Of a stretch of 64,000 bases of DNA, positions 15,638 to 28,800 are shown in pieces; the stretch's first letter is position 1, and every line of letters starts with the position of its first letter. The stretch spans positions 11,160,001-11,224,000 of the forward strand of contig OZ024741.1 of the NCBI GenBank assembly GCA_964016885.1, in the 5' to 3' direction. A program made the translations under genes and the position numbers. Under the pieces are notes generated by a model that saw only the letters and a list, made by a program, of their open reading frames with translations, was not told where the DNA came from and made no database searches. The stretch comes from Eledone cirrhosa (Eukaryota).

Positions 15638-18600
15638 TTACAGACACATACTCAGAGTAGGCCCATTCACTCGGGCCATACTTGCTTCTCTCATCCATCT
15701 TTCAACAAAATGCTGGGAAGAGAGCACTTCCCTCTCTACCCTGATTTTCCTTTTCAAATGAAATTTGAAAAAGTTAATCAGCCCTTTCAAACGTTTCCAC
15801 CATACTATCTCTTTCGCCATGGCCACCAGACAGATAAAAACTGCCTGCCCTTCCCGGCTAAAGGAAGAGGGCGGGGCAATCCTCACGATGGACTCAGATG
15901 ATAGCCGGATCCGTCCTACACGTGACAGCAGGTGTTCGACATAAACCCACAAGTCAGCAATTTTCGGACACTGGACGAGTGCGTGCAGGACGGTTTCGTC
16001 GCCCTGCGCGCATCTCGGACATGCCCGGCTGACGGCACCTCCATGCCTGTAGAGTTTATCCCGAACTGGCAAAGCTCCTCGGTAGCACTGCCAGGCCAGA
16101 GATTTCTGGAAGTTGTCCATAGGTCCCGGCCCGAAAGTTCTTCCGAAGAGATTGGCTAGTTCATTTTCGTCGAAACCTAGAGTTTCTCCAAGTACGTCGT
16201 CGATCTTCCCCTCCACTAATCCTCTATAGAACGCCATGGTGGAGTTTCCACCGATCACATTGCCCGATTGGTCGAGGGCTGTGAGCGCCTGAAGACATTC
16301 CAGTCTTCAGGCGCTCCCTCTCGGTCTTCGCTTGACCCAGGACTGCAGCTCCGTGAAGGAGACGAGCTGGGGAAAGACGTGTCTAGCAAACGGCGACCAC
16401 ACCTGATCACCGTCGAGGAAGAGGTGGAGATGTCGTAGCCTGAGCGCATGTCTGCCCATCATCAGCCACGGCATGCCCAGCCCTCCATGTAGCGGGTGTT
16501 GACAGCAGATGGACCGCCTGACCATCGGAGCGCGTCCCTTCCTCAAAAAGCGAAAGAGCAAACGCTCCAGCGCAGTCAGGCGGGGCTTAGGACGAGGTAC
16601 GACGGTCAGGCGGTAGTAGATGACGGACACGATGTACGCGTTAGCCACCTCCGCTCGACCTTTCAGGGATAACTTCCTCTCCGCCCATTTCTGGGTGAGA
16701 GAAGCCACCCTGCTCGTCACCTCGTCCCAGTTTTTGTCCGTCTGGAGGTCCGGACCGAACCAGACCCCTAGCAATTTAACCGGTCCGTTCGTCCAGCGCC
16801 CGACGACGCTGTTGGACGGCATGGACCTGCCTCTCCAGGTGCCGAGCTGCAGGCCCACTGACTTTTCCTGGTTGATCATTGCTCCTGTCACCGTTTCGTA
16901 TTCTCTTAGTGTAGTGCTGATCGCCTCGATGTGTTTGGCGTTCGACACCACTATGGTGACATCGTCCGCATATGCTGACACGGATCTTCCGCATCCTAGT
17001 TCGCGCGAGACCCCCCTCAACGTCTCCAGTTTGTGCAGTAATGGCTCGAGAGTCAATACGTACAAGAGGGACGAGAGGGGACATCCTTGGCGGACCGAGC
17101 GCATGATGTTGAACGGTTCCGAAAGGTGACCGTTCACTCTCACCACAGAGCAGATGTCGCTGTGCATGGCAGCGATCCAGCCTCTGAAGACGGGCCCAAA
17201 GCCAGCCGCCCTCAGGACTGCCGCTAGGTAACGATAGTCGACCCTATCGAAAGCTTTTGACTGATCTAAATTGATCAAGGACCCACCCGTGCCAGGTTCC
17301 CTAGCTACCCTCTCTACGATGTATCGCATGAGGTGGAGGTTGTCGTGGATAGATCTGTCGGGAATGGCGCATTGTTTGCGCCTCTCCTACCCGACCACCG
17401 ACGACAAGCGCCAACCTCTTTTCTAGCACCTTGGCCAAAATCTTGAACTCTGTGTTTAGCAGAGTTATGGGCCTGAAATTATCTATGTTATCCCCCTTGT
17501 TCGGATCCTTTCTCAGCAGCGCCACAGCTCCTCGGCTCAGAGAGCTGGGAATTCTCCCGTTCTGTTGCCAGTTGCAGTAGACGTCCGCCAAGAGGCCTCC
17601 GAACAAGTCTGGCATCTGTACGTAAAGTTCATAGGGCAGACCATTCAAACCAGGCGATTTACCCCTTGTGCAGCCAGTCATTGCCTCCCGTACTTTAGCG
17701 GCTGTTATCGGCTTTTCGCAACCCTCCGCCTCAGTGGCCGAGAGCCGCGGCAGTCCGTCGAGGTAGACACTAAAGTCCATCCATCGATCCGGCCCACCGC
17801 TTCTCTCGAACAGCTGTGCGAAGTGTCGCTGAAAAGCTTCACACATTTGCCCGGCATGGAGTAGCATGCGCCCGTCGTGGTCCACAAAGACCGTATCGTG
17901 GCTTTGTTGCCACGACGCGCCTCCGCCACTCGGGCCCATTGAACGGCTTTCGTCCCCTCGTGTCTGAGAGCACGTACTCTAGCTCTGATAACGCAGCCTT
18001 CGCGCTTTGCATTGAAGAATTGGTCAAGGGCCAATTTCGCCGTAAGTACGTCGGTCGCGATGCCTTTGCTAAGCGCCTCGTCTAATTTTCTAACTAATTC
18101 TCCCTCTGCTCTATTTTTCTCTATTGCTAAAGCCTTACTAAACCTAATGGACTCTATTCTAATTGCTCTTTTCAGAGCAAACTACTACTTGTTGTTGACG
18201 ATGGCCCCGTCAACGCCCGCTTAACTAGTTCGCTAATCCGGTCTCTGTAGGCCTTGCGCGCTGGTAAGGACGCGTTTAGCTTCCAGTAGCCGGGTCCTCG
18301 TCTATGAAGCCTATCTAAGTCATGCACACAGATCACGAATTTATGGTCCGTGTAGCTGACTATCTTGAATTGTGGACAGCCTATGCTAGACCTATCTATT
18401 TCCCTACAAAATACTCTATCTAGATATGATCTGGATGACCCTATGCGATTTGTTCAAGTCCACATTGGCACATTCGGGAAATCCAATCGGTACCTGTCAG
18501 ACAGTTCAAAACGCCTGAGCAGGTTGGTGAGACTCTTGCACCCTCCTCCCCTATCCGCTAATCCCACACAGTCCCAGCGTGCATCTAAGATCCCGTTCCA

Positions 18601-19023
18601 GTCGCCCACTAACACTAAAGAGCGGGACGTTCCAAGAAAGGTCTCCAGACGCCGGAAGAAATCAGGCCGCCCTGCTCCTGTCGGGGCATAGACGGCCACT
18701 AGCCTGAAATCTTGCCCGTCTTCGCTGGTCACGTCCAGCACCACCAACTTACCTTCTGGGTCCAGGAAGATGGCCCGTATGGCGAGATCGAAACCACTCC
18801 GAAAAAGCACAGCAACTCCTCCCCCCAATTCAGGACGGCTGGGAGATGCGTACACATCGTAGCCACCGAAGATCGGTGCGAAGGACTGTGCTTCGGAGAT
18901 TCTGGTCTCGCTGATGGCCACTACATCTATGTTTAGTGACCTGAGGTCGTTGAGCAGGTGGCTCTGCTTCCATGACGACCCCAAGCCTCGCGCATTTATG
19001 CTGCCTATTCTGAGCGAGATCAT
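15638..19023 (-). pseudogene. Tx1 ORF2 (APE endonuclease, RT), disrupted
   Basis: Consecutive ORF pieces 18454..19023, 17705..18034, 17301..17939, 16307..17329 and 15638..16258. Confidence 0.9.
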
Positions 19024-19057
19024 GTTGAAATGGAGTGGAAAAGATGGGAAAGACCAC

Positions 19058-20994
19058 TTACCTTACTTCTCGTAGAGGAAGAACGGTTTCTCCATCCTTT
19101 TCACTGCTTGTGGCCTCCTCAGGAAGGATGTCCTTATAAATCCTCCTGGAGAGTGCTTGTCGGAAGTCTCCGATGTCTTTGGGGAATTTTTGTTTTAGTG
19201 TCATGTACGTTTTCTGTGTGATGCGAGTGATTTGTATGTGTGGAGATGGTGTGAACTTTTGGGTTGTTGTGTAGTCTTTTTCTGTGATGCTGGTGTTGTG
19301 TTGGATGTAGTGTAATAATTGGTTGTTGTTCAAATTTAATTCTTTGTAGTGTGTATCGTTTTGGTTGTTTTGTTTTGTTTTGTTTGTTGTGGATTTGTTT
19401 CTGTTTCGCTTTTTGGTGACTTTTGTGGTGTAGGTGATGGTGGTGTTGCGGTTAATGATGGTGATGGTGTTGGTGTTTGGGGTGATGGGGTTGGTGATGC
19501 TGATGTGGATGGTGGCATATCTGTCCTAACTTTTTTGTTTGATAGTTTATTTGTTTCCTTCTGTATTTAGTTTTTGGAGGGGGAAGGAAGAGATTTTTTT
19601 CTTTTTTGGTTTCTTTTTTCCTTTTTTCCTGATACCGTTTTCCACTCCTCGTCGTCACAATCTGTCTCCAGTTGTGATAGGCCGGGGAGTGGAAAATCCT
19701 CCACAGGCGTTAGTTTTGGTTGTGGCGTGGTGGATGGTGTAGGCGCTGGTGCTATTTCTTGGGTGGTGGTGGTGTTGGTTTTGCTACTGTTGCTGGGGTT
19801 GTTGCTGTTACAGTTGCTTCTGTTGTTGCTGCTACAGTTGTTGCTGCCATCTCTGCTGCTGGTGGTGTTGATGGTTGAGTCACTTGGGTGGGTAGGAGAG
19901 GTGGCCTCAACCTTTTAGCCTGAGGGCAGAAAGCCCTTAGGTGGGTTCCTTCACCACAAACGACACACCTAGGCCTTCTGCTCTCGGCGATTACGGTGAG
20001 GTGGCTGCCGTCAGTGAGGTCTATTACCTTTGGGATCTCCTCAATGCTTTTTTGGTCCGCTTGGATCAGGAGCTCCATCCCAGATCCGGACCAGTTCTCC
20101 TGCTTTTCTTTCGCTATTTCGGTTATCTTGGTGTTGGCTTCGATGCCGGCGAGGACGGCAGCTATTAGCCAGGGAATTTCAATGGCTGGTGGAACGTGGG
20201 TGACCCTGATCTTTACGAGTCTCTGGCCACAATAGCTTGGGACGAGTGTGAAATCGTCACTTCTTAATGGGGCCATGGAGTGATCTCTAGCCTCCTGTGG
20301 TGTTTCAAAGAACACGTCCACGATTCCATACTTCTGCCCACGTCTGATGTGGGTTTTCTTTGCCCACACATGTCCCAAAGCTTTTTGGATTTGGGACTCG
20401 GATGCCCGTTCCACTCGGCGCGAATTAATATTAATTGTTTGATAAGACACGGTGCATAGGCGCCGATGCTCCATTTTATTAGATGAGGGGTGGGGGCGAT
20501 GCTGACCCTGTACCCATCTTTCTTTACCTTTTTTTTGGCTTCTTCTAATTCCTCCTGAGTTACCTGAAATGCTTCGCACGTTTTTGCTACTCTGGCAAAA
20601 CTCAGGGTGGTTTTCTTAATGTCATTGTTGCTGTTGTTGTTATCGTTATTTTTGTTATTATTAATTTTAGTTTCAGTTGTGGTGGCGTCAGTGGTGTTCG
20701 GTGTGGAAGAGTTCATTTTGGTTGAATTCATTTCGATATCACCGGTTAATTTATTTTTTTATTTTGTTTCTGTTGTCGCGGTGGTGGTGGGGGTGGTGGT
20801 TGTCGCGGTGGTGGTGGTGGCGACTTTAACATCTGCAGTCATTGGTAATGGCGGGAAATGAATGTCTGCCTGAAACAAATTTAAAATATTGCTACTGCTT
20901 ATATTTTTAGTGTTGGCAAACGTAGTAATATTTACAATGGTGGTGTCGGTGTGAGGTGTTAGTATGTGAGGAAGGAGTGACTCTGATCATCCAT
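19058..20994 (-). pseudogene. Tx1 ORF1 (gag-like zinc knuckle, Pro/Thr-rich), frameshifted
   Basis: Pieces 20264..20731, 19752..20579, 19336..19518 and 19058..19333. The C-terminus resembles ORF1 of the plus-strand copies (LKQKFPKDIG vs LKKDFKEDVG). The start codon is inferred. Confidence 0.8.
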
Positions 20995-21238
20995 GATTTT
21001 TCAAAGAAAAATTTTTGTTTGATAATTATAAAAGTTTAAATTTTGGGCTCAAGGCCCCAATCTTTTTGGGTGTCCTTTTCAGATAACAATGTATGTGCTC
21101 TTATATAGAGTTAACAATAAAAAATTTCCATGAATGGCAATTTTAAACAACTGAAAATAACAAACCTTTGCGGAGTTCACGATGACAGGATTTACTACGT
21201 AGGTCGCCAATAATAATAATAATAACAATAATAACAAT

Positions 21239-21285
<47 letters not shown>

Positions 21286-21627
21286 GACGAAGAAGAAGAA
21301 GAGTGATGATGATGTTGATGATGGCAACGATGATGATTATCAAACAGTAGTGGGAGTTATATCGATTCAAGACCAAATAGATAAACAGTATATAACATAT
21401 ATATATAATGTCTGGGAAGAAGGAACACCGCCAGGGGTAAATAGCCTCCACTTACAAACCCCTAAATGGTGTTCAACACTGTAGTAGCTTCTACCTGTTA
21501 AATAAGATAAACCTATAAAATAACACGGATGACTAAGACCAAAATATGTTGTATTATTACTGGCTGCCATATCGTGTAGCTCTATTGTTCACTAAATCGA
21601 TATTATTGCCGTATAGGTCGTCCCGTT

Positions 21628-21645
21628 ACGGCCAGGTGGCGCTGT
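21628..21645 (+). promoter_or_regulatory. CTCF-like motif in CpG-containing unique sequence
   Basis: ggCCAGGTGGCGCtg matches the CTCF core CCASYAGRKGGCRS in its 3' part. Motif match only. Confidence 0.35.
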
Positions 21646-21849
21646 AATCGACGGGTCATTAATAACATCATATTCTATTCTATACAATAACACAACAATT
21701 AAAGTATATATCCCTACCTGATACAAACTAAAAATATACACATGCTACTTATATACTCACACACACATATATATATATGCATATACATATATACATGTAT
21801 AAATATATACATATACATGTATACATATACATATATACATGTATACACA

Positions 21850-21914
<65 letters not shown>

Positions 21915-22049
21915 AACAGGGGGCACACATGACAACGACAATAGTAAAATCAACGGGAAAACGGACAGTCTCCTCAGTCAACCTCTAGAATTCACTACAA
22001 TTTTGGTGCATTAAGTTTGATACTTTCATCCCAGTGCATATTGGGACGT

Positions 22050-23480
22050 AACAAAAGAAATAGAGGCAAACACAGAACAATTTATTTATTTCGGCGAATT
22101 ACACTAATAAAGTCGAAAAGGTATCTCAAGTGCATCAACTGATAAGGAAGGGAGGGAACCGTATGCGAGGTTTTAACGAAAGGAGAAAAAATATAGAAAG
22201 GAGAGAAATGGGAAAACATAAAAGACTAACATGGACTGCAGTCCAATGTACAGGCAAAGAAGGATGACACTGAGTCGTAGAAAAGGTAAGATGGGAGAAT
22301 TAAGACAGATATGTATATCGATCTTTTCTGTTTTTACACAGAAGTAGTTTTGCATGCTGATTCCGAAATAAGCTCTCGATATAAGCCGCCTTCTCTGCAT
22401 TACAGAGTTCACAATTTCTGCTGCCGTTTCGCAGGGCCTGTATTTATCCATAATTCTGCAGTTAATGTTATAATCTTCAGTCCACTCATAATTTCCAGGT
22501 ATAACTAGAGAAGTTAGACTTCCGCTTTCCCCGAAAGCTGAAAGAGAAAGTATGATTATTATACCTTCTCTTAATATGTCTTTCCGTTAGACCAATGTAC
22601 TGCTTTAGGTTGATAGGGTAGTCTGGAATGGTACATCTGATTTGTCTCATAAACAATAACCTCTAATATGCAGGCTCCTTTAGCTTTTTAGCAGATACAA
22701 ATCACTGTTCCTACAAGAGCAACTCACCCCATTAAAGGATGTCGGTTTATATAAAACAATTCTTTTAAAATTAGTGTTGGAGTTAAACGTAATCTTCAGT
22801 CTGTGCCTATTAAACAGTTGCCTATATTTGTGGCTAATTGGAGAGTGTTTGTCTATCTGGTTTATGAAATCCCGACGCCATTTAATCCAAGTGAGTCCTG
22901 AGTTGGAGATAAAAGTAATTTTATTCTTTAAGCAACTCACATCTAGGACGTGGTCTTTGCAGCGGGTTGCCCTCTCAAAAATATCGTTATTAGAAGAGGC
23001 ATTAGATATTTTACTTATGTTTTTGGCCAGGTTCTTCCAAACTATTGGGGATTTCGAAATATATAAGTAAGCCATTCATTGTGATATCCAAATAACTTAA
23101 ATGTATTATAGTTAAATCTAGAGTATATCTACATAGTCTACTATGGCTAGATTAATGTCCGTGGTGAACTTTAGGCCGGCGAACTTAAAAATTAGGATGA
23201 TACCCTAAGTCTGTCCTGGGATTGATCATTGATGATATTTCAGGGGACCAAGGCATCATCTCTAGATAGGCCAGCCATGTCAATCAAGACTGATGTGCAG
23301 GTATTCTAAAGTGCTCCATAAATTACCATTTCAAAGCTATGACTATATTCTATCAAAAATAGATGAAACAGATTTAGAATATGAGATATGGGGAATATTT
23401 TACTTAATTGTAGAACTATGCATTGTTCCACTAAAAGTATTTTCCTCTCATCAGCCGGACTACGTAAAGAATCCTTGATC
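22050..23480 (-). mobile_element. Highly decayed PLE (Naiad-like linker and GIY-YIG)
   Basis: Peptide DFINQIDKHSPISHKYRQLFNRHRLKITF...CSCRNS resembles the PLE linker with a Cys cluster. Boundaries are uncertain. Confidence 0.6.
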
Positions 23481-23496
23481 AGTTACACAGCTGTTA

Positions 23497-23640
23497 TCTA
23501 TCTATCCTCTGTGTCTACCTATCTCTCAATCTATCTATCTGTGTCAATCTCTCAATCAATCTATCTATCTATATCTATCTCTCAGTCAATCAATCTATCT
23601 ATATATCTATCTATCTCTCTATCTATCTATCTATCTATAT
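23497..23640. repeat. Degenerate (ATCT)n microsatellite
   Basis: atctatctatct repeats directly upstream of the Tx1 stack. Confidence 0.9.
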
Positions 23641-23875
23641 GATAATCTAGCTGTCGTCTGTTCTACAGTGTGGATGTCATTCACTTCGCGCAGAAGTTTT
23701 GTTCAAATTTATTGAGGAAAATTTGTGAGTTCAAACTTAATTTTGATACAATTGTGTAGCTTGACCCCCCGTCTGAACTGTCAGGCGGTGGGTCAGCTCA
23801 TCTTTACCCCTCCTAGAGGTGAAAAACCTGTTTTAAAAAATTTTGTGGCAAAAAAATTTCAATCGTCTAACAGAA

Positions 23876-25774
23876 ATGTTAAACGCAGCGAACGAAAATA
23901 GTGGTGGGGGGACAGCGGTAAGAGTTGTAAGCTCGCACGCTTTAGTCCCCCCTTCCTTCCCAACTAACGTCATAGAGAAGGAAGGAAAAATTAAAATAAA
24001 AACAGACGAATCTGCGGAGAAAAAAAATGACGAAAACACAAATCTGGACATGGATTCCAACAACGAAAAAAAAAAATTTGAAAAATTGCATGACAATACT
24101 AATAACACAAACAAAGACACAACAAACACAAAAATAACATTTGAAAATAACACCATATCAGAAAGCAAAGCAGACGACAAAATTTCATTTGCACAGAAAA
24201 CAAAGAAATCTTTGACTTATATACCGGAAAATATTTCAGATGTGGCACGAAGGATCACAGACGCCAAACAATACATAAGTGAAGGAGAGAATGGTATTTT
24301 ATCGGTAAAAATGCCTCAAGAATTCACCAAAGACATTGAAAGCCGAACGGTCAAGTTTCGGACCATCAACAACAGTACAAAAAAACCTGAACAGCCTTCT
24401 CAAGCAGATATCAAAACAGCACTCACAGAAGTACTTAATGAAACCACTTTCATAAGAAAAGACAGACTGTATGGAAGCCTAGCAATTATCATGAAGAACG
24501 AATCGGCGGCAAAAAAATGTGCTTTGTCACCGATTCGTTCGAAAAATGTTACCTTTTATCCATCTTATATGGGTAAAAGAACTCAACGCATATGGCTGGA
24601 TGCAATGATGCCAGATGTGGACTACTGCTGGCTCATAGCTGGCTTCATCGATCCAGTGAATGACAACGTGATTTCCATTGGGAAAACCACAGGCAATGCG
24701 TTCAGTGGAACAGGTATAGAGCTGGTAGTGCAAATGAAGCCTGAACGCATCGCCCAAATACCCGACAGAATCCTATTAGAGGACCACGGGTATATAAACA
24801 TTAGCGTGGAGGGGAGAAGGCCGTCCTGCCATATTTGTGCAGGCAGAGGGCACCTGAAGGCCGCTTGTCCCCAACTCAACAAAAAGAAAACCCTGCTACC
24901 AACACCAGCTCCACCACCACCACCACAACAGATAAACAAACAACAAAACTCAGTCCCACCCAACCCGTCCCTCAGTAAAACCACACCACCACCACAACAC
25001 AAACAGTCACAACACATTACCCCAAAACAAAATACAGGCCCACCCAACCTCTCACTCAATAAAACAACACAACCACCGCAGACACAACACACAACACAGT
25101 CTAACATAGTGACATCCATCTCCCCCACAAAGAAAACCAACACGGAAACATTACCAGCAAACATACCTCTTCCCTCCAACACTGAAGATAACCCAACGAA
25201 TTCGGAGGAAGAAACGGAGTCCTTCAGACAGATTAAAAGGAAAAAAAGAAAACATGTACAAAACACACAAGGCCAAACAACCCCCACCCAAATGTCAACA
25301 CAATCCAACAAAACAGAAAATACCCCTCCAGCAACAAACAAAACCAAACCTACCCCTCCCCTCTTCGAAACACTCACACCATCCGAAAAAAAGACATTAC
25401 ACTATACTTACATCAACAGAAACAATAATAAATTAAATGAACTCATATACAATAATCCTTCGGTACAAACCGAAGGTGTAAACTTTGTTTCTTCGGAAAA
25501 CTACCCACATTTAAAACTAATAAAGATCCCAATGAACCTCTACCAAAAACTAAAAAAGGATTTTAAGGAGGATGTAGGACCACCCTCTGTCAAACCCATA
25601 AACCGCGTCCTACTAAAAAGCTTTCCCCCTCCCCTTCCCCTCCCCAACACAACTCCAAACACCCCAACCCCACCACACACTGACGACCCCACACCACCAC
25701 AAGACACCCCTTCACCCAACACCCCCGACCCCATGGAAGTCGTGCAACCCGAACCCCGGGAAGCGGAAAGGTAG
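23876..25774 (+). CDS. Tx1 ORF1 protein (zinc knuckle CHICAGRGHLKAAC)
   Basis: Uninterrupted ORF of about 630 aa, homologous to 29751-31547. First ATG at 23876. Confidence 0.85.
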   Translation: MLNAANENSGGGTAVRVVSSHALVPPSFPTNVIEKEGKIKIKTDESAEKKNDENTNLDMDSNNEKKKFEKLHDNTNNTNKDTTNTKITFENNTISESKADDKISFAQKTKKSLTYIPENISDVARRITDAKQYISEGENGILSVKMPQEFTKDIESRTVKFRTINNSTKKPEQPSQADIKTALTEVLNETTFIRKDRLYGSLAIIMKNESAAKKCALSPIRSKNVTFYPSYMGKRTQRIWLDAMMPDVDYCWLIAGFIDPVNDNVISIGKTTGNAFSGTGIELVVQMKPERIAQIPDRILLEDHGYINISVEGRRPSCHICAGRGHLKAACPQLNKKKTLLPTPAPPPPPQQINKQQNSVPPNPSLSKTTPPPQHKQSQHITPKQNTGPPNLSLNKTTQPPQTQHTTQSNIVTSISPTKKTNTETLPANIPLPSNTEDNPTNSEEETESFRQIKRKKRKHVQNTQGQTTPTQMSTQSNKTENTPPATNKTKPTPPLFETLTPSEKKTLHYTYINRNNNKLNELIYNNPSVQTEGVNFVSSENYPHLKLIKIPMNLYQKLKKDFKEDVGPPSVKPINRVLLKSFPPPLPLPNTTPNTPTPPHTDDPTPPQDTPSPNTPDPMEVVQPEPREAER

Positions 25775-25807
25775 GTCTCTACACTCTCCTTTGGCTCTGC
25801 CGCCCAC

Positions 25808-28800
25808 ATGGATGTGTTAAGAGTAGGATGTTTGAATGCACGTGGCCTGGGCTCAACTTGGAAGCAAGCAAAGCTTCTAAATGACCTCAGGTCATGTAGT
25901 ATAAATGTAATGGTTATCTGTGAGACTCGAATCAGCGTCGTGCGGCAGCTGGCCCCCACCTTCGATGACTTTGAGGTGCATGCATCTCTCTGTCAACCTG
26001 GAGGTGGGGGTGGGGTTGTCGTACTGCTGCAAAAACACCTGGGTCTTGCCGTACAAGTTGTGCACTCGGACCCGGAGGGTCGTTTGTTGGTGCTAGACGT
26101 TGGCAGTAGTGAAAGTGCGGCCTTGAGACTGGTTGCCGTCTACTCCCCTTTCGGAGCTGAACGGCCCGACTTTTTCCAGCGTTTGGAGACTTTTCTGGGA
26201 ACGTCGCGTTCCCTGCTTCTAGCGGGGGATTGGAATGACATCCTAGATGCACGTTGGGACTATGCAGGAGCATGTCCTAATAGAGGGGGGTGTAACATCC
26301 TCAAGGGGTTACTCGACCGTTTTAACTTGGTCGATAGATATCGACTAGATTTTCCAACTGTGCCTACCTGGACTTGGAGAAACCACAGTGGTCAATCTAG
26401 ATCGTACTTAGATAGATTCTTAGTTAGAAGTAAGGATAGGGACATATTAAGCTGTCCAGAAATGCGCACGGTTGGCTACACGGATCACAAATTAGTGACC
26501 TGCGTAGTCAATCTCGAGAAAACACATAAACAGGGTCCCGGTTACTGGAAACTTAATTTGTTTTTACCGGCAAAAGAGACTTACAGAAACCGGATTAGCA
26601 GATTAGTTAAGGAGAGGTTGACGGGTGCAATCGTCAACAACCGATGGTGGGCATCTCTCAAAAGAGAGATTAGAACAGAATCAATAAGTTATAGCAAGAT
26701 GTTAGCTGCCGATAGGAATAGAAACGAGAAAGAATTAACAGGTAAATTAGAAGAGGCAATCAAGAGCGAAGATGTGGCCAGAGTGCTGGCATCGAGGACG
26801 GCCTTGAACCAGTTTTTCGATGCAAAGCACGAAGGCTGCGTCATTCGAAGTAAAATACGTGCTCTAGGTAATGAGGGGGCCAAAGCCGTTGGCTGGGCCC
26901 GCGTGACAGAAGCTAAGAGTGGAAATCGATCCACCATCCGGTCGTTGCAAGACGAAGATGGACGGGTGATCCGGGAGCCTAAGCAGATGTGCGAGGCCTT
27001 TCAAAGGCACTTTGCCCGATTGTTCGGGGGAGGCGAGGGTACGGGCGGGGGCGTGGATTTCGGTCCATACCTCGACGGCCTGCCGCGTCTCTCGAGCGAA
27101 GAGGCAGAGTCCTGCGAGGGACCAATCTCGGCTGATGAGATCGGAGATGCGCTGAGCCAATGCAGCAGACGCAAATCTCCAGGTCTCGATGGTATACCTT
27201 ACGAACTTTATTTAGCAATGCCGGTCTTCTTCTCCGAACTCCTCGAAGCGGTCTACTGCAATTGGCAGCAGAACGGGAGAATTCCTTGTTCTGTAGCCAA
27301 GGGCGTAGTCACGCTGGTGAGGAAGGACGAGAACAAGGGAGATAGTATAAATAATTTTCGGCCCATAACCCTGCTAAACACAGAGTTAAAGATTTTGGCC
27401 AAGGTGTTAGCAAAGAGGTTGGCGCTTGTCGTGGGTGGCCTGGTGGGAAATGCGCAGACATGTGCTATCCCATCCAGGTCCATTCACGATAACCTCCACC
27501 TCATGCGATACATCATAGAGAGGGTTGGCAACAAACCCGGCTTCGGTGGGGCCCTGATCAACTTGGATCAGTCTAAGGCGTTCGATAGGGTCGACCATGG
27601 TTACCTGGATGCGGTGCTAGCGGCGGCTGGGTTCGGTCCTGTTTTCAGAGGCTGGATCACTGCCTTACATAGCAACCACATCTGTTCTAGGATCAAGGTG
27701 AACGACTACCTTTCGAAGCCGTTCGAAATCACACGATCCATTCGACAGGGGTGCCCTCTCTCCTCCCTTCTGTACGTATTGACTCTCGAGCCTTTACTGA
27801 GGAAGTTGGAGTTGTTGCAGGGTATCCCCCTGGAACCAGGATTGAGCAAAGCGGTGTCGGCCTACGCCGATGACGTAACAGTAATGGTATCGACCGACTC
27901 GGAGATCGAGGCGATCGGTACCTTACTGGAGGAGTACGAAAGGTTGTCAGGAGCGAAACTGAACCGGGAAAAAACCATCGGGCTGCAACTCGGAACGTGG
28001 AGAAGCAGACCGATGCCTCCTGACGGTCTCGTCGGACACTGGACGGAGGGCCCGGTAAAGTTGCTTGGGGTCTGGTTTGGACCGGACCTCCAGGTGGAAA
28101 AGAACTGGAACGAGGTTACGAACAAGGTGTTTGCACTAACCCAGAAATGGGCCAAGTGTAAGCTGTCCCTAAAAGGCCGGGCGGAGGTGGCGAACATTTA
28201 CATAGCGTCCGTCACTTACTACCGCCTGACTGTCGTGCCTTGCCCTAAGGAAACACTCACCACCATGGAACGCATGCTCTTCCAATTTCTTTGAAAGAAG
28301 CGCCCTCCTATGGTGAGAAGATCCATCTGCTGCCAACAACCTTCGAAAGGAGGGCTGGGGATGCCGTGGTTGATGATGCGTAGGCACGCATTAAGGCTAC
28401 GGCACCTACAGGTATTCCTCACTGGTCAACCGGTGTGGGCTCCGTTCGTGAAACGAGCCTTTCCGAGACTCGTCTCGCTCACCGAGCTACAGTCCTGGGT
28501 CAAGCAAAGATCCGGAAAACTGGGAGACTGGCACACTGAGTGTGCTCAGGCGCTCAGGGCTCTCTGGCAAGCGGGCTAGGCCATCGGTGGAGAATCCACC
28601 TCATCATTCTATAGAGGGCTGGTGGCTAGCAGGGGCGATGACACCCTTGGAGAGTCGCTGGACATGGAAGAAGACGAACTGGCCAGCCTGTTCGGTAGGA
28701 CTTTCGGCCCAGGACCAATGGACAACTTCCAGAAGTCACTGGCCTGGCAGTGCTACCGGGGGGCTCTACCCGTTCGAGAGAGGCTCTACAGACACGGGCG

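Larger units (their letters stand above)
15403..21208 (-). mobile_element. Full-length, decayed Tx1/L1-clade LINE inserted in (ATT)n
   Basis: ORF1 has a CX2CX4HX4C knuckle (CVVCGEGTHLRAFC). ORF2 has APE (INARGL, GDWN), RT (KAFDRV, RQGCPLS, YADD) and a C-terminal CPRC..H...C. The 3' end is AATAAAGAAAAC followed by (ATT)n, and the 5' end abuts (ATT/GTT)n. Confidence 0.92.

Noticed and set aside
16620-17129. Antisense ORFs over the Tx1 RT, also 27862-28197, 33625-33960 and 35696-36031
   Set aside because: Explained as shadows of conserved GC-rich RT coding sequence.
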